From positions 1-64,000 of IMG/VR virus record IMGVR_UViG_3300032308_001420: 64,000 bases of DNA, one strand, 5' to 3'. Positions 45,757 to 55,836 of the stretch are shown in pieces. The notes under the pieces were generated by a model. That model searched no databases. It saw only the letters and a list, made by a program, of their open reading frames with translations, and was not told where the DNA came from. Numbering within the stretch: the first letter of the stretch is position 1; the number at the start of each line of letters is the position of its first letter. This DNA comes from a virus (taxonomy: Duplodnaviria > Caudoviricetes). The position numbers and the translations under genes are program-made.

Positions 45757-47070
45757 TTATCTAATTAATTCTTGTACGGAACCGAGGAAAGAACCGTTCC
45801 ATTTTGACTTCTTTATTGTAGTTACTTCCTGAGACCCGCCAAGGTCTGAGGACTTCTTAATTGCAGTCTCACCTTCTACTGCATCGACACGCTTCTGTAC
45901 GCCATCAATCGTGTTTCTGATATCTGATACTGTCTTTGACAATGTATCATATTGCTCTGCCAACTCTGTAATTCTGGAATCAACGCTCTTGCTGAAAGAC
46001 TCAACTGTTTCTGTAACAGTCTTAACCTGTGCAGCATTTGCATCTGTTGCCTTACTTAGAGTTTCTGAGAAAAAGCCTTTTAGATCGCCTAACATCTTTG
46101 CAAAATCAGGTTCATCAACCTCAACTTCTGATACGTCGGCTGCTTTTTCCAGAGTTTCGGCAGAAGCGTCTGCTACTGCATCTTCTGCAGGAGCTTCTTC
46201 AGCAGCTGGTGTTTCTTCAACAACAGGTGCTGTCTCTTCAACAGTGGTTTCTTCAACTACTGTGGTTTCTGTATTTTCTGACACTTCATTACCTCCTTCT
46301 GCGTTTGCCTGTTTTGCAATTGTTTGTGTTTCAGGCAACGTGGATCTTGACTTGTGTAAATCAAGAATTCTATCTATTTCTTTTGCTTTGTTAACATCAC
46401 TTGATTCTACCCAACCAATTAAGGTTGCAGGCTTTCCTGATATTGGTGAATCAAATTCTTTTTCTGTTGATACAAAGATCGAATCGCTTTCTTCGCAATA
46501 AAAAATATTCTCTGTTACGACATCTGCCGCCATGCCCTTGAAAATCATTTTTCCATTCATCTTTTCAATTGACAAAATGTTGCAAAGTTCATTTGCTGGT
46601 GAATCAACAATTGAAAGTTCAACTAGCTCATAGTCTTTAATGAAACGAACTGTTTCTCCATTTGCCTTGTTGACTTCATTGTCTGACTCTAGAATCTTTC
46701 CGCCAATTGAAAAACCTGCAAGTGTTCCGTCTAGAACTTTCTCCCAGGTATCCTGTGCGCCTTTTGAAATGTAAGATGTTACATAAACTCCATTGTAAAA
46801 TTCTTTTGATGCGGGATCATAATAAGTTTCTGGCTTAAATGATACAACCTTGCCAACTGCAATTGGCTGATGCATTTCACGAAGATTCCCACGGAATCTT
46901 TCAAATGCTTTCATGCTAGCTTCTGCTGTAACTACATCGCCAGTCTGATCAACGTTATCTAGTGTTGCAAATCCTGATACTGTTCTCTTCTCACGATTTA
47001 CTTTTGTAAATGGAACTGCCAGATGGAGGTTATTTCCATTTGAAGACCAGTTAGATTTTTCAATGTTCAT
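45757..47070 (-). CDS. Prohead protease fused to an acidic scaffold region
   Basis: GFAT..VDQTGD, REMH, GFSIGG, ELSIVDSPAN; E/A/T-rich linker and coiled coil. Confidence 0.88.
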   Translation of the reverse strand: MNIEKSNWSSNGNNLHLAVPFTKVNREKRTVSGFATLDNVDQTGDVVTAEASMKAFERFRGNLREMHQPIAVGKVVSFKPETYYDPASKEFYNGVYVTSYISKGAQDTWEKVLDGTLAGFSIGGKILESDNEVNKANGETVRFIKDYELVELSIVDSPANELCNILSIEKMNGKMIFKGMAADVVTENIFYCEESDSIFVSTEKEFDSPISGKPATLIGWVESSDVNKAKEIDRILDLHKSRSTLPETQTIAKQANAEGGNEVSENTETTVVEETTVEETAPVVEETPAAEEAPAEDAVADASAETLEKAADVSEVEVDEPDFAKMLGDLKGFFSETLSKATDANAAQVKTVTETVESFSKSVDSRITELAEQYDTLSKTVSDIRNTIDGVQKRVDAVEGETAIKKSSDLGGSQEVTTIKKSKWNGSFLGSVQELIR

Positions 47071-47077
47071 ATGCTTA

Positions 47078-47106
47078 ATTTTATCTATTTGTAGATAAAA
47101 AGGCAA
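47078..47106 (-). promoter_or_regulatory. Promoter for protease-capsid (probably leaderless), with palindromic spacer
   Basis: TTGCCT-17-TAAAAT, 7 nt before ATG 47070; TTTTATCTA/TAGATAAAA inverted repeat. Confidence 0.6.
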
Positions 47107-47123
47107 ATAGTGGTTGAGTAGAT

Positions 47124-48713
47124 TTATTCAACCGTTCTTCCGTCTCCTTGAGCATTTCTGCCTTCCCCTGAAATATCTGGAGAATTGGCTTGTCTTTCTT
47201 GCTCTCTTCGACGGGTGTTATTTGCTTGGCTTCTAATTTCAGCTTGTTGCTGTGGCTTTAATTCAACCATATCATCGCCACCATCCAAAGGTATCATTCC
47301 TCTTCTAATTCTAACTTCATTAGGAGTAATTACCTGCATTCTTAAATATCTTTCATCAATCTTAGATTGAGTATCCTCATCTGTAAGAGTTAATTCATTA
47401 AATTTAAGAGAAAGCGCATCTGTCTTTTCTTCAATAATTCTATTTAATTTCTTCTCTAATGTCATTTGTGATGGACGGCAAACTTGCTCTTTAAATGTTT
47501 TATCTGCATCTCTTGCAACCGCCAAATTAACACCTTCTGGAGTTCCAATTTTATTAATTGGTACACGATGGGCCAATAGGATTTCATCTCTATTTGCTTT
47601 ACGATATACGTTAAATGATGACTCTTGTGCTCCCGCCTCAATAGGCTCCATTTTAAATTCAACCTTTGAATCTGGCGAATCTGCTGGAAGCGGAATATAT
47701 AGAGATCTATGGTTCTTGCCTCTAAGCCCAACCTGGAAAAATTCAAGAAGCTTGCGTTCTGATTCTGGAGAAAGCTTTGCGCCCTTTACGGTAATAATAT
47801 ATCTTGGGACTGCCTTGTTTTCAAAGTAGTCCAGGTTATACTTTCCAGCAAACTCATTTCCCGCCAGGGCATTCTGTGCCGCAATGATATCTGGGATGCC
47901 GTAGTAGTTATTCATCGGAGTGTACTTCTTTAAATGAATAATTTCATTTGGTCGATCTTCTTGACCAGCAATTGGATTCTCTGTTTCTGTGTCTCCAAAA
48001 TTGCGGAAGAATACAGCCTTGCCATAAAGCAATTGAATAAATCCATCACGCAATCTACGAACACGCATTGTCTTTGCTGGAATATGACCAATATATCCAA
48101 TGTTGCCTGCTGTTGTGCGGCTAATTTCAATATAGCCATTTCCTGTTGCTTCTAAATCTGTGTATGCTTTGATAAGAGTTTGCGTAAAAGTGTCTTCATC
48201 ATTTGTTGAGTCAAGCCATAGTTGTAAATCTTGCTTTAACTTATTAAGCTTTCTGCGTGCCCGTTCTAATTGTTTTGGATCCTCAATTGAATCAAATGCG
48301 TCGTTTGTCTTTTTAGTTTCTGTAAAGTCATAGCCAAGTCCAACAATGTTTGCTACCTTTGCATTTATTGCTGCATAGTTATATGTTGAAATTTCATAAA
48401 TCTTAGAAAGGTATTCTAAATTATATGGTGGTTCAATAAGATCAAATAGGGAATATCCAGTGATTGCCTGTGCTAATAAATTCTGTTGTGTTCCAGTATC
48501 TTCTCTACCAGTAAATGACTTAGATAATTCTCTGCTCATCTTACGACGAAATGCTGGGCTTAGCCCAGATACTTTTTTAAGGGAGTCTTCCTGCATCATA
48601 AATGGATCTGATGGATCCATCTCTGGATCCTTCTTTAGTCTAAACAAATCCGATGCAGAAGAAATCTCAATTCTGCTTGTTGATTCTAAATCGCTATCTT
48701 GTACAAACTCCAT
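47124..48713 (-). CDS. Portal protein
   Basis: DLEATGNGYIE, EIIHLK..YYGIPD, YFENKAVP, ILLAHRVP, TPNEVR. Confidence 0.92.
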   Translation of the reverse strand: MEFVQDSDLESTSRIEISSASDLFRLKKDPEMDPSDPFMMQEDSLKKVSGLSPAFRRKMSRELSKSFTGREDTGTQQNLLAQAITGYSLFDLIEPPYNLEYLSKIYEISTYNYAAINAKVANIVGLGYDFTETKKTNDAFDSIEDPKQLERARRKLNKLKQDLQLWLDSTNDEDTFTQTLIKAYTDLEATGNGYIEISRTTAGNIGYIGHIPAKTMRVRRLRDGFIQLLYGKAVFFRNFGDTETENPIAGQEDRPNEIIHLKKYTPMNNYYGIPDIIAAQNALAGNEFAGKYNLDYFENKAVPRYIITVKGAKLSPESERKLLEFFQVGLRGKNHRSLYIPLPADSPDSKVEFKMEPIEAGAQESSFNVYRKANRDEILLAHRVPINKIGTPEGVNLAVARDADKTFKEQVCRPSQMTLEKKLNRIIEEKTDALSLKFNELTLTDEDTQSKIDERYLRMQVITPNEVRIRRGMIPLDGGDDMVELKPQQQAEIRSQANNTRRREQERQANSPDISGEGRNAQGDGRTVE

Positions 48714-48723
48714 TGCCGTCTCC

Positions 48724-49065
48724 TTATTTAGGAAGAATTAACTTCTTCATTTCGTCTTTATGGTTTCCAACATCTAAAGGATCTGGAATTAGTCCCCACT
48801 CAAGTCTTTTTTGCTGGTACTCAAATTCTTCATCATCAATTTTTCTGCGTCCTGAAAGGAATTTTGGTTGTCCCTCATAGATACCATAAGACCCAACTTC
48901 ATTTACAAGGGCTTCAATCTTTGACTTATTGCCTTTCATGGATGTGACTGACAAGAAATTGCCTTCGTCGTCTCCGACCCATCTGCCATCTGGCATTTCC
49001 CAAACATAAATACCAAGTCTGGTTTCTTCATCCATGACCTGTGTGTTAATCTTATTGATATCCAT
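48724..49065 (-). CDS. Hypothetical protein upstream of portal
   Basis: GIYVWEMPDG..GLIPDPLD; own promoter. Confidence 0.75.
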   Translation of the reverse strand: MDINKINTQVMDEETRLGIYVWEMPDGRWVGDDEGNFLSVTSMKGNKSKIEALVNEVGSYGIYEGQPKFLSGRRKIDDEEFEYQQKRLEWGLIPDPLDVGNHKDEMKKLILPK

Positions 49066-49073
49066 AGAGTTTT

Positions 49074-49127
49074 ATTTTACCATTCTTTGCTGTCAAAGTC
49101 CAGCTTTTTGTCATAGAAGATGACAAA
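49074..49127 (-). promoter_or_regulatory. Promoter (TGGACT-17-TAAAAT, extended -10) with upstream palindrome or terminator
   Basis: -10 at 49074-49079; TTTGTCAT/ATGACAAA inverted repeat at 49107-49127. Confidence 0.5.
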
Positions 49128-51008
49128 TTATACGTTTTGGATTACAACCCAGTCATTGTCATAGTACTCTACTGAGCTTTCTGTCAGGGTAATTGACGCA
49201 TTTGAGCTGTCATCTATTACAGAAGTGCTTCCAAGTATATAAAGGTTGTAGTGCTCTAATGCTTGCGTTGAAGTAAATTGTGCTTGATATAGGGCTAAGT
49301 TTTGAAATAAGCCAGCAACTGATCCATACAAAGAATAGTCGAACTTTAAATTGCCTCCAACTGCACTAGAAAATACTATTACGATATGGTGTAATTGCCC
49401 TACCTTAAACACATTAGACACATTTGTCTCTGATGTTTTATTTACACCATTAACATAAATTGCTGAGATATTTGTTTTACTAACTGTGCCTGTATTTCTC
49501 CATGAGTAGTTTGAGGCGGAATATCCATTTGTTGCTGTAGTTGATATTAGACCACTATCTGTTAGGGCATATGGAGTATAGAAGAATTCTAGGGTATTTA
49601 CATCAGATTGTGTAGTCAAATAAAAACCAGAATCTTGTACCGTTTTAATTCCATTTCTGGCATCTCTAGATAAAATAGGGTACTTATTATTTCCAGTAGT
49701 TATCTCATATTCTGAGACACCTGCTACTCCATCTAATGTTGTCATATATGATCCAGAGTTATTTGAATAAAAAATTTGATCATTATAGAAAGACATTGAA
49801 AGGCTGTATAATTTTGGAACATACTTACTAGCATCTGTTGACTCAAAAGTTATCTTTATAAAGAATGTTCTTTGTGTTGAGAAGTCATTAAGAACAAATT
49901 CTGGTATTGCCCCGCCATTTATACACTCAACATATGTAGACCCATCTAAAGATACTTCAACTGTAATTCCATTATCTCCGTCCCAATCAATTTTTGAAGA
50001 ATCAATTGTAAGGGCTGCTGGAATTGAAATTATATCTTCTATATATGTGCTAGAAGATACTGCTGATTCTGTTTGAATTAAAGCAATTGAGTTATCGTTT
50101 TGATTATAATAAAGATCTTCATTCATTATATCTGGCCAAGACCTGTTGGCTGGATAAGAATAAAAGTATTGAGTTGCTATTGAGTTATCATATACTTCAA
50201 ATAGCTGTCCAGATTCAGGTGTAACTATTTGAATTGGAAAAATTCCAGAGGCTTGATTATAGTGTGAACTTATTTGATTATCAGAAAGAGTATATCTATA
50301 TACAGCAACACTGTTTATTAAAAAATAATCATTTTCATTTAAGGCTGGTCCGCTCTTTAAAAATAAAGATGTATTTTGAAACGGCGGAGAAGAAAGATCT
50401 TTTGTCTTTTGTAGTTGCCCATTAATATAAATAGATGCAGAAGAAACTGAATATGTGCACACTATATGTAGAACCTTGTTTAAATATGGAACTGTGCAGA
50501 ATATCTCATCGCTATCCATTTTAAATACTATATTGCCATTATCGTAAAAAACTCCAACACTGTTTGAAGAATCTCCAACTAATGGGGTTATGCTATTTGT
50601 ATCAAATTTTGGATATATCCAGGCCTCTATTGTAAAATCATTATCTGAAGAATACACAGTTCCAAACTGACTAGATGTTGTAGAAGCAGTATAGTCTTTT
50701 GTAAAAGAATATTGAATTGAATTAGAGCTTGTTATTTTAGTTGATCTTGAATTTCCTACTAATACAGGAAGAATGCCTACTTCTGGATCCCCGCCATATA
50801 CTCCATCATTTTCGCATCCTGAATGATCATACGCTATATCTCCATATATGTTTGCATAAGCAGATAAAAGCGGGTCGTCTAAAATATCTTGATAGGTTTC
50901 ATATAAATTTTCTAAAGATGTATAACTTGAAATATCTGCTGTTGTTAAATCATCTAAAGGATAATATCCAATAGGGTAGTCAGAAAGAACTATAGATTTA
51001 TATGACAT
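49128..51008 (-). CDS. LamG/concanavalin A-like domain virion protein
   Basis: D.PIGYYPLD, FTIEAWI, HIVCTY..IYING and VAVY..LS..QI..HY; second LamG-like unit at the C-terminus. Confidence 0.8.
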   Translation of the reverse strand: MSYKSIVLSDYPIGYYPLDDLTTADISSYTSLENLYETYQDILDDPLLSAYANIYGDIAYDHSGCENDGVYGGDPEVGILPVLVGNSRSTKITSSNSIQYSFTKDYTASTTSSQFGTVYSSDNDFTIEAWIYPKFDTNSITPLVGDSSNSVGVFYDNGNIVFKMDSDEIFCTVPYLNKVLHIVCTYSVSSASIYINGQLQKTKDLSSPPFQNTSLFLKSGPALNENDYFLINSVAVYRYTLSDNQISSHYNQASGIFPIQIVTPESGQLFEVYDNSIATQYFYSYPANRSWPDIMNEDLYYNQNDNSIALIQTESAVSSSTYIEDIISIPAALTIDSSKIDWDGDNGITVEVSLDGSTYVECINGGAIPEFVLNDFSTQRTFFIKITFESTDASKYVPKLYSLSMSFYNDQIFYSNNSGSYMTTLDGVAGVSEYEITTGNNKYPILSRDARNGIKTVQDSGFYLTTQSDVNTLEFFYTPYALTDSGLISTTATNGYSASNYSWRNTGTVSKTNISAIYVNGVNKTSETNVSNVFKVGQLHHIVIVFSSAVGGNLKFDYSLYGSVAGLFQNLALYQAQFTSTQALEHYNLYILGSTSVIDDSSNASITLTESSVEYYDNDWVVIQNV

Positions 51009-52240
51009 TATCCACCTACCGCAGATTTAAGATATCTAACTATTACTATACCACTTCCGCCACTTCCTCCTGTATGAACAACTCCAGTGTCTGAATCATA
51101 GCTGGCTCCGCCACCACCACCACCAGTATTTGCTGTTCCAGCAATTCCATTTGCAGTAGATCCAGATGAAGGAGTTCCAGCATTTCCGCCTCCTCCAGAG
51201 CCTCCAGTTCCACGAGTTGCGGCAAAGTTAAAGTTTGTTCCGCCTCCACCTCCGCCAGCAAAGGATCCTCCAGAACCAGAAGATGTTACGGATGCCCATA
51301 CCGAATATGAGTTTGTTCCGCTTCCGCCATTTCCAGCAGTTCCAATTGCTGAAGCATTTCCACCAACTGCTCCTGCACCACCACCACCACCCGAAGTTGC
51401 AGTAGTGACATTTGAAGAAGATAAAGCTGTTCCTCCAGCAAATCCTTGACCTGAAATTCCAGATGTTGGAGAGCTGTTAAATGATAAATCTGATCCTCCT
51501 GGTCCAGCTCCAAAAATTACTTGTCCGTTTCCTCCACAACCAGATCCACCATTAGTGCCATTGCTTCCTCCTCCAGTTGCAGTTAATGCACCGACAGATG
51601 AGTTTGAGCCAACATTACCTCCTGCTGTTCCTGTTCCTCCTCCACCAATAGTAACTGATGTATTGCCTACTGACAAAGATGTTGCGGATGAATACAAAAC
51701 TCCGCCTGCGCCACCGCCTCCACCAGTATACCAAACTGATCCGCTTGTTGAAGATCCAACACCAGATCCACCGCCTGCAATTGTTAATATGTCTGCAGTT
51801 AAAGAAGCATTTAAAACTGCAAGTGTTCCATTTGCAGTAAACTTTCTATAGTAGTAAGTTGAGTCAGAATATAGCGTTCCACCAGTCACTGATGGTATTG
51901 CATTTGGAGTTATAGAAGAAGAAGCAGATGATAAATCACTTGTTCCTATTGAATTTGTTGCAGTCATTGTAAAAGTGTAGGCTTGATTTGAAACAAATGA
52001 CCCTGTGACAGAAATTGATCCATCTAAATCTGTATTTGTAAACGTGAGTGATAATGACGGACTACTAACAATTCCAACTGTAGTAATTGATGAGCCATTT
52101 GAAGCACCTAATGTATATTCAATTGTTACCTGTGTAGCACTTACTCTAGTTACTGAGTTAATTGTTGGTGCATTTGGTCTTGCTGCTTTTCCACGAAATC
52201 CATTTAAAGATGAACTGGCTATTGTTTGAATTAAGGGCAT
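51008..52240 (-). CDS. FN3 + glycine-rich fibre/adhesin protein
   Basis: PNAPTI..YTFTMTATNSIG; GGGGGAGG repeats; ends GGSGIVIVRY. Confidence 0.75.
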   Translation of the reverse strand: MPLIQTIASSSLNGFRGKAARPNAPTINSVTRVSATQVTIEYTLGASNGSSITTVGIVSSPSLSLTFTNTDLDGSISVTGSFVSNQAYTFTMTATNSIGTSDLSSASSSITPNAIPSVTGGTLYSDSTYYYRKFTANGTLAVLNASLTADILTIAGGGSGVGSSTSGSVWYTGGGGGAGGVLYSSATSLSVGNTSVTIGGGGTGTAGGNVGSNSSVGALTATGGGSNGTNGGSGCGGNGQVIFGAGPGGSDLSFNSSPTSGISGQGFAGGTALSSSNVTTATSGGGGGAGAVGGNASAIGTAGNGGSGTNSYSVWASVTSSGSGGSFAGGGGGGTNFNFAATRGTGGSGGGGNAGTPSSGSTANGIAGTANTGGGGGGASYDSDTGVVHTGGSGGSGIVIVRYLKSAVGG

Positions 52241-52249
52241 TATCTACTC

Positions 52250-53374
52250 CTATGCAAACTTCGTTTGTGATCCAAATACCGTGTAAGTAGCTGATGATGT
52301 TTTTAAAATTGTGTAAACGTAAGTGTCTACACTAGAAGCATTTCCTGCACTTGGTGCAGCTCCATTTAACCATTTAATACTGCTTTGTGTTGTTCCGTCA
52401 ATTTGAAAAGTAGACGGATACGAAGCGGTTGATGCTCCAGTTGTATTTAAAAATGCTATTGTCATAGACTGTCCATTAGACATCAAAGAATTCAAAGTAA
52501 CTCCAGAACTACCTCTAACATTTAAAGTAAATGCACTTGTTGACCCAGTTGTATAATACCAAACACTAGAAGTTGCTACATCCATATTAATTGTTGAAGA
52601 TGTTGCTGATGCAACAATATTTGCTGTTTCAAGTAATCCAGTAACTGCAGAATTTGTTTGTATTACTCCCTGAGTACCAGTAGTTCCTTGAGCTCCCGTT
52701 GCGCCTTGTGAGCCAGTTGTACCCTGTGAGCCTGTTGCACCTTGTGAACCAGTAGTACCTTGTGAACCAGTTGTACCAGTAGTACCTTGTGAACCAGTAG
52801 TACCAGTAGTACCTTGTGAACCAGTAGTACCAGTAGCACCTTGTGAACCAGTTATTCCTTGGGCGCCAGTTGTTCCCTGTGTTCCAGTTGCGCCTTGTGC
52901 ACCTTGAATAGGGCCAACATTTGTCCAAGCAGATCCAGTCCATACATACAAATCGCCAGAAATTATATAAGCATCTCCAACTGTTCCTGTTGGATGTGCC
53001 GACTGTAGAGCTCCTAGTGTTGCGTATGTTCCTAAAATATCAACGCCAGTTCCAGCAACTCCTTGTGCGCCAGTTGTTCCTTGAGTTCCTGTTGCGCCTT
53101 GTGTTCCAGTAGCTCCTTGTGTGCCAGTAGTGCCTTGTGTGCCCTGTGCGCCTTGTGTACCAGATGTGCCTTGTGTACCATTGGCTCCTTGTGTTCCTGT
53201 TGCACCCTGTGCTCCAGTGGTTCCCTGTGCTCCTTGGGAACCAGTAGTTCCTTGCGCTCCAGGATTTGCAGTTAAATAAGTATCAATGTTTTGTGCAAGT
53301 AGTTGGATATCCGCAGGAATATCTGGCGGATCTGAATAAGCAGGAAAACTAAAACCCTTTGATGTTGAGCCCAT
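52250..53374 (-). CDS. Collagen-like fibre protein (likely start MGSTS)
   Basis: Two (G-X-Y)n blocks of GTQ/GAQ/GTT; C-terminal beta domain; -10 box 6 nt before ATG. Confidence 0.8.
   Translation of the reverse strand: MGSTSKGFSFPAYSDPPDIPADIQLLAQNIDTYLTANPGAQGTTGSQGAQGTTGAQGATGTQGANGTQGTSGTQGAQGTQGTTGTQGATGTQGATGTQGTTGAQGVAGTGVDILGTYATLGALQSAHPTGTVGDAYIISGDLYVWTGSAWTNVGPIQGAQGATGTQGTTGAQGITGSQGATGTTGSQGTTGTTGSQGTTGTTGSQGTTGSQGATGSQGTTGSQGATGAQGTTGTQGVIQTNSAVTGLLETANIVASATSSTINMDVATSSVWYYTTGSTSAFTLNVRGSSGVTLNSLMSNGQSMTIAFLNTTGASTASYPSTFQIDGTTQSSIKWLNGAAPSAGNASSVDTYVYTILKTSSATYTVFGSQTKFA
52660..53265 (-). repeat. Coding 9/18/27-nt tandem repeats (collagen triplets)
   Basis: Repeated cct tgt gaa cca gta gta units on the + strand. 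Confidence 0.8.
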
Positions 53375-53381
53375 TTTAAAA

Positions 53382-53954
53382 TTATACCACAATTCCCATA
53401 AAATCTAAGTTTCTTTTAACGGATGAAGAATACATATTAGGCATGGGTATCTTATAAAGCTTAATAAATAATTCTTGGCTTTCATCTTGTCGTCCTACCC
53501 ACCAGGCAGCTACGGCTTTTTGAAATGTTAAGCAAAAATCTCCTGGGTAATCAACACCTATTGGAAGAGGTGCATGATTTTCTGATAATCTATAAAGACC
53601 AACTTCTGCATAAGTATATGCTTGCTGCCAATTTTTATTTCTTTCGCTATAACGAGAAAGCAAGAACCATGCTTCAGGTCTTCCTGGTTGATATGCAGCA
53701 GCCTTTAAAAAAAGATTTTCTACTGTAGCCTGTCTATTTTTTTGATTTTCAAAACAATTTGCTGACTTTAATAATGATGCATACACATACTCTGGGTGTG
53801 AATAGTAACCATATTCTGCCGCCCTTAAATAAAATGAAATAGCGGCAGCAGTTTGTCCTACAAGTTCATACTCTGTAGCAATGCTAAAACAAAGTTTTGG
53901 GTCAAAAGGATCTTTGCTTAGTTTTTCAACTAATTCATTTATTACCTCAAACAT
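53382..53954 (-). CDS. TPR-like repeat protein
   Basis: [16 protein letters not shown] and P.RPEAWFLL helical repeats. Confidence 0.7.
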   Translation of the reverse strand: MFEVINELVEKLSKDPFDPKLCFSIATEYELVGQTAAAISFYLRAAEYGYYSHPEYVYASLLKSANCFENQKNRQATVENLFLKAAAYQPGRPEAWFLLSRYSERNKNWQQAYTYAEVGLYRLSENHAPLPIGVDYPGDFCLTFQKAVAAWWVGRQDESQELFIKLYKIPMPNMYSSSVKRNLDFMGIVV

Positions 53955-54945
53955 TTATGGCCTCTGCAATCATATTATCTATTACGTCTCCTGGCACCCT
54001 TAGAGCAAAAGCTGCGTTATCTACGTAGCCGAATGTTACTAGAAGGTCGTTATCTAATTGTGCAGCGCCAGCACAAAATTCTATTTGCCCATCTAAAAAT
54101 GACCAACATTCTGGAGACATTCCCTGAAGAATAAAATTGTCATCCCATACACATAATCTATGTCTGTAGGTAGCATTTTTCTGCTTCATATAATTTTTAT
54201 ATAGGACAACTTCATGCGTAATAGCGATGTACTTATCTTTCCATTTAATAACTTGGGATCCACCACGCTGATCAGAATTAATAGCATTGCCTTCTTCGTG
54301 AGACACTTGCTCACATTTGGCTTCTTTAGGATCAGCTTTAACTACCTCTGTAGGAGATGTCCATTTAATATATTGAAATTCTCTATCTAAAATCGGCATC
54401 CAGTTTTTTTCACAATACGAGTTTTCATCTATTGGTGCTGGAATTCTAATACGTGATATTTCTTCTGCCGTCCAATTATCTTTATCAATCTTTAATTCTG
54501 ATAATTCCATGCGACCAACTCCGTTGGTTGTTGTATCTCTGCGAACTCCTGTAGCATAATATTTGCTATCCCATTTAACAAGTCTGGCATCTTCTAATCC
54601 AACAAATGTCCATATCGGCTTAACATCTAATTTAGTTGTATCAATCAATGTCCAGTTAATTATATTTAAATCTTTATCAAGACGGCAGAGGTAGTTAGCA
54701 GTTACCAATCTTTGATCTTCTTCTGGATGTAAATATGCTAATGGTCCCCATACACTAGGAAATCTTTGATCATTTTCAGAGTGATATAAAGTATAGTTTA
54801 TATGTCTTAATATACATAGGATATCTCCATCATCATCTATAAAGATAGAGGGGTTCATTAATCCTGTCCCGCCCGTTTCTTCGGCGGAAATAATAAGAGG
54901 AACTAATTTTCCCCCACTAGATATTGATCTTTGTACTAGATTCAT
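53947..54945 (-). CDS. Beta-propeller glycoside-hydrolase-like protein (GH130/GH43-like fold)
   Basis: MNPSIF, GLEDARL, EKNWMP, RGGSQ, IEFCAG, FG..DN motifs. Confidence 0.6.
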   Translation of the reverse strand: MNLVQRSISSGGKLVPLIISAEETGGTGLMNPSIFIDDDGDILCILRHINYTLYHSENDQRFPSVWGPLAYLHPEEDQRLVTANYLCRLDKDLNIINWTLIDTTKLDVKPIWTFVGLEDARLVKWDSKYYATGVRRDTTTNGVGRMELSELKIDKDNWTAEEISRIRIPAPIDENSYCEKNWMPILDREFQYIKWTSPTEVVKADPKEAKCEQVSHEEGNAINSDQRGGSQVIKWKDKYIAITHEVVLYKNYMKQKNATYRHRLCVWDDNFILQGMSPECWSFLDGQIEFCAGAAQLDNDLLVTFGYVDNAAFALRVPGDVIDNMIAEAINV

Positions 54946-54999
54946 ATAAGCAATTCTACTATATTAAACAGCTATTGTAAATGTTTAAGATTTATAAGC

Positions 55000-55785
55000 T
55001 TAACGGTATTCTTTTGGTTGTCTAAACTGGTTTTTATATGAATCAAAAAACCTAGTTTTAAGCTTATTGGTTGTCTTAGCCTGGTCGATTAAATTTTCTT
55101 CTTTGCCAATATCCATTTGCCATTCTTCTCTTTTAAATGGAATAACTTGAGCAATTGGGGTTCCCGCTGGAATCAATCCTTGCCATTTAGTATCATTTAA
55201 AACAAAAGGGAAGTTTACTGGGGAAGTATAAGTATCCGTATCAACTACTCCAGGCATAATTGTAAATACTGATTCTCTGTGCCAAGGCTGCACAAAAGCA
55301 ACAGAATATCCTGGTGGTGTTTGAATAGCCCATGGGTTTATCCATTTAGGATAAGAACCTTGATGTCCATTTCTGCTTGGATGATTTAAAGCTTGTTCTA
55401 CAGGATGAAATTGAAGAATTCCAAAATTAGCCCATTCATAATGAGGTACAGTTTTTGGAAATTTATATTCCTTTGCTTTTTCTTCTGAAAGAGGTATGGT
55501 TTCTCCAGTTTTATCAAAGTGCTCTGAGTCTGCATATTCAGCATTTATTTGTGAAATATAAACGTCTACTGGAGTTTTAATAATATATCCAGAGTTAATT
55601 GCGTCAAAGACTGGCATGCATCTTTTTATTGTTCCTGTAGTCATGCCTTTTCCATTAGGAACTTTTTCTCCACCCATATAAGACTCTATATCTTTATACC
55701 ATTGAGGAATGTTTTTTGATGCTGGCTCAGGTGGATATAATTCTTCTATACCAAAAATGTTAGTAAAAGTAATTATCTGTGACAT
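55000..55785 (-). CDS. Hypothetical phage protein (DUF6065-like / dUTPase-like beta fold)
   Basis: KRCMPVFDA, TPPGYS, PGVVDTD, AGTPIAQVIPFKR. Confidence 0.65.
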   Translation of the reverse strand: MSQIITFTNIFGIEELYPPEPASKNIPQWYKDIESYMGGEKVPNGKGMTTGTIKRCMPVFDAINSGYIIKTPVDVYISQINAEYADSEHFDKTGETIPLSEEKAKEYKFPKTVPHYEWANFGILQFHPVEQALNHPSRNGHQGSYPKWINPWAIQTPPGYSVAFVQPWHRESVFTIMPGVVDTDTYTSPVNFPFVLNDTKWQGLIPAGTPIAQVIPFKREEWQMDIGKEENLIDQAKTTNKLKTRFFDSYKNQFRQPKEYR

Positions 55786-55836
55786 GTAAAAAGTATACTA
55801 CCTTTTAAATTGAAAGTAAATAGTTTTTAATTTACT

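Noticed and set aside
45911-46501. 196-aa plus-strand ORF and the other plus-strand or nested ORFs in the track
   Set aside because: Antisense or alternate-frame shadows of well-supported minus-strand genes, with no recognisable motifs
52660-53265. Short tandem repeats resembling a CRISPR array or VNTR
   Set aside because: In-frame G-X-Y collagen codons with no unique spacers; the same applies at 63800-63950
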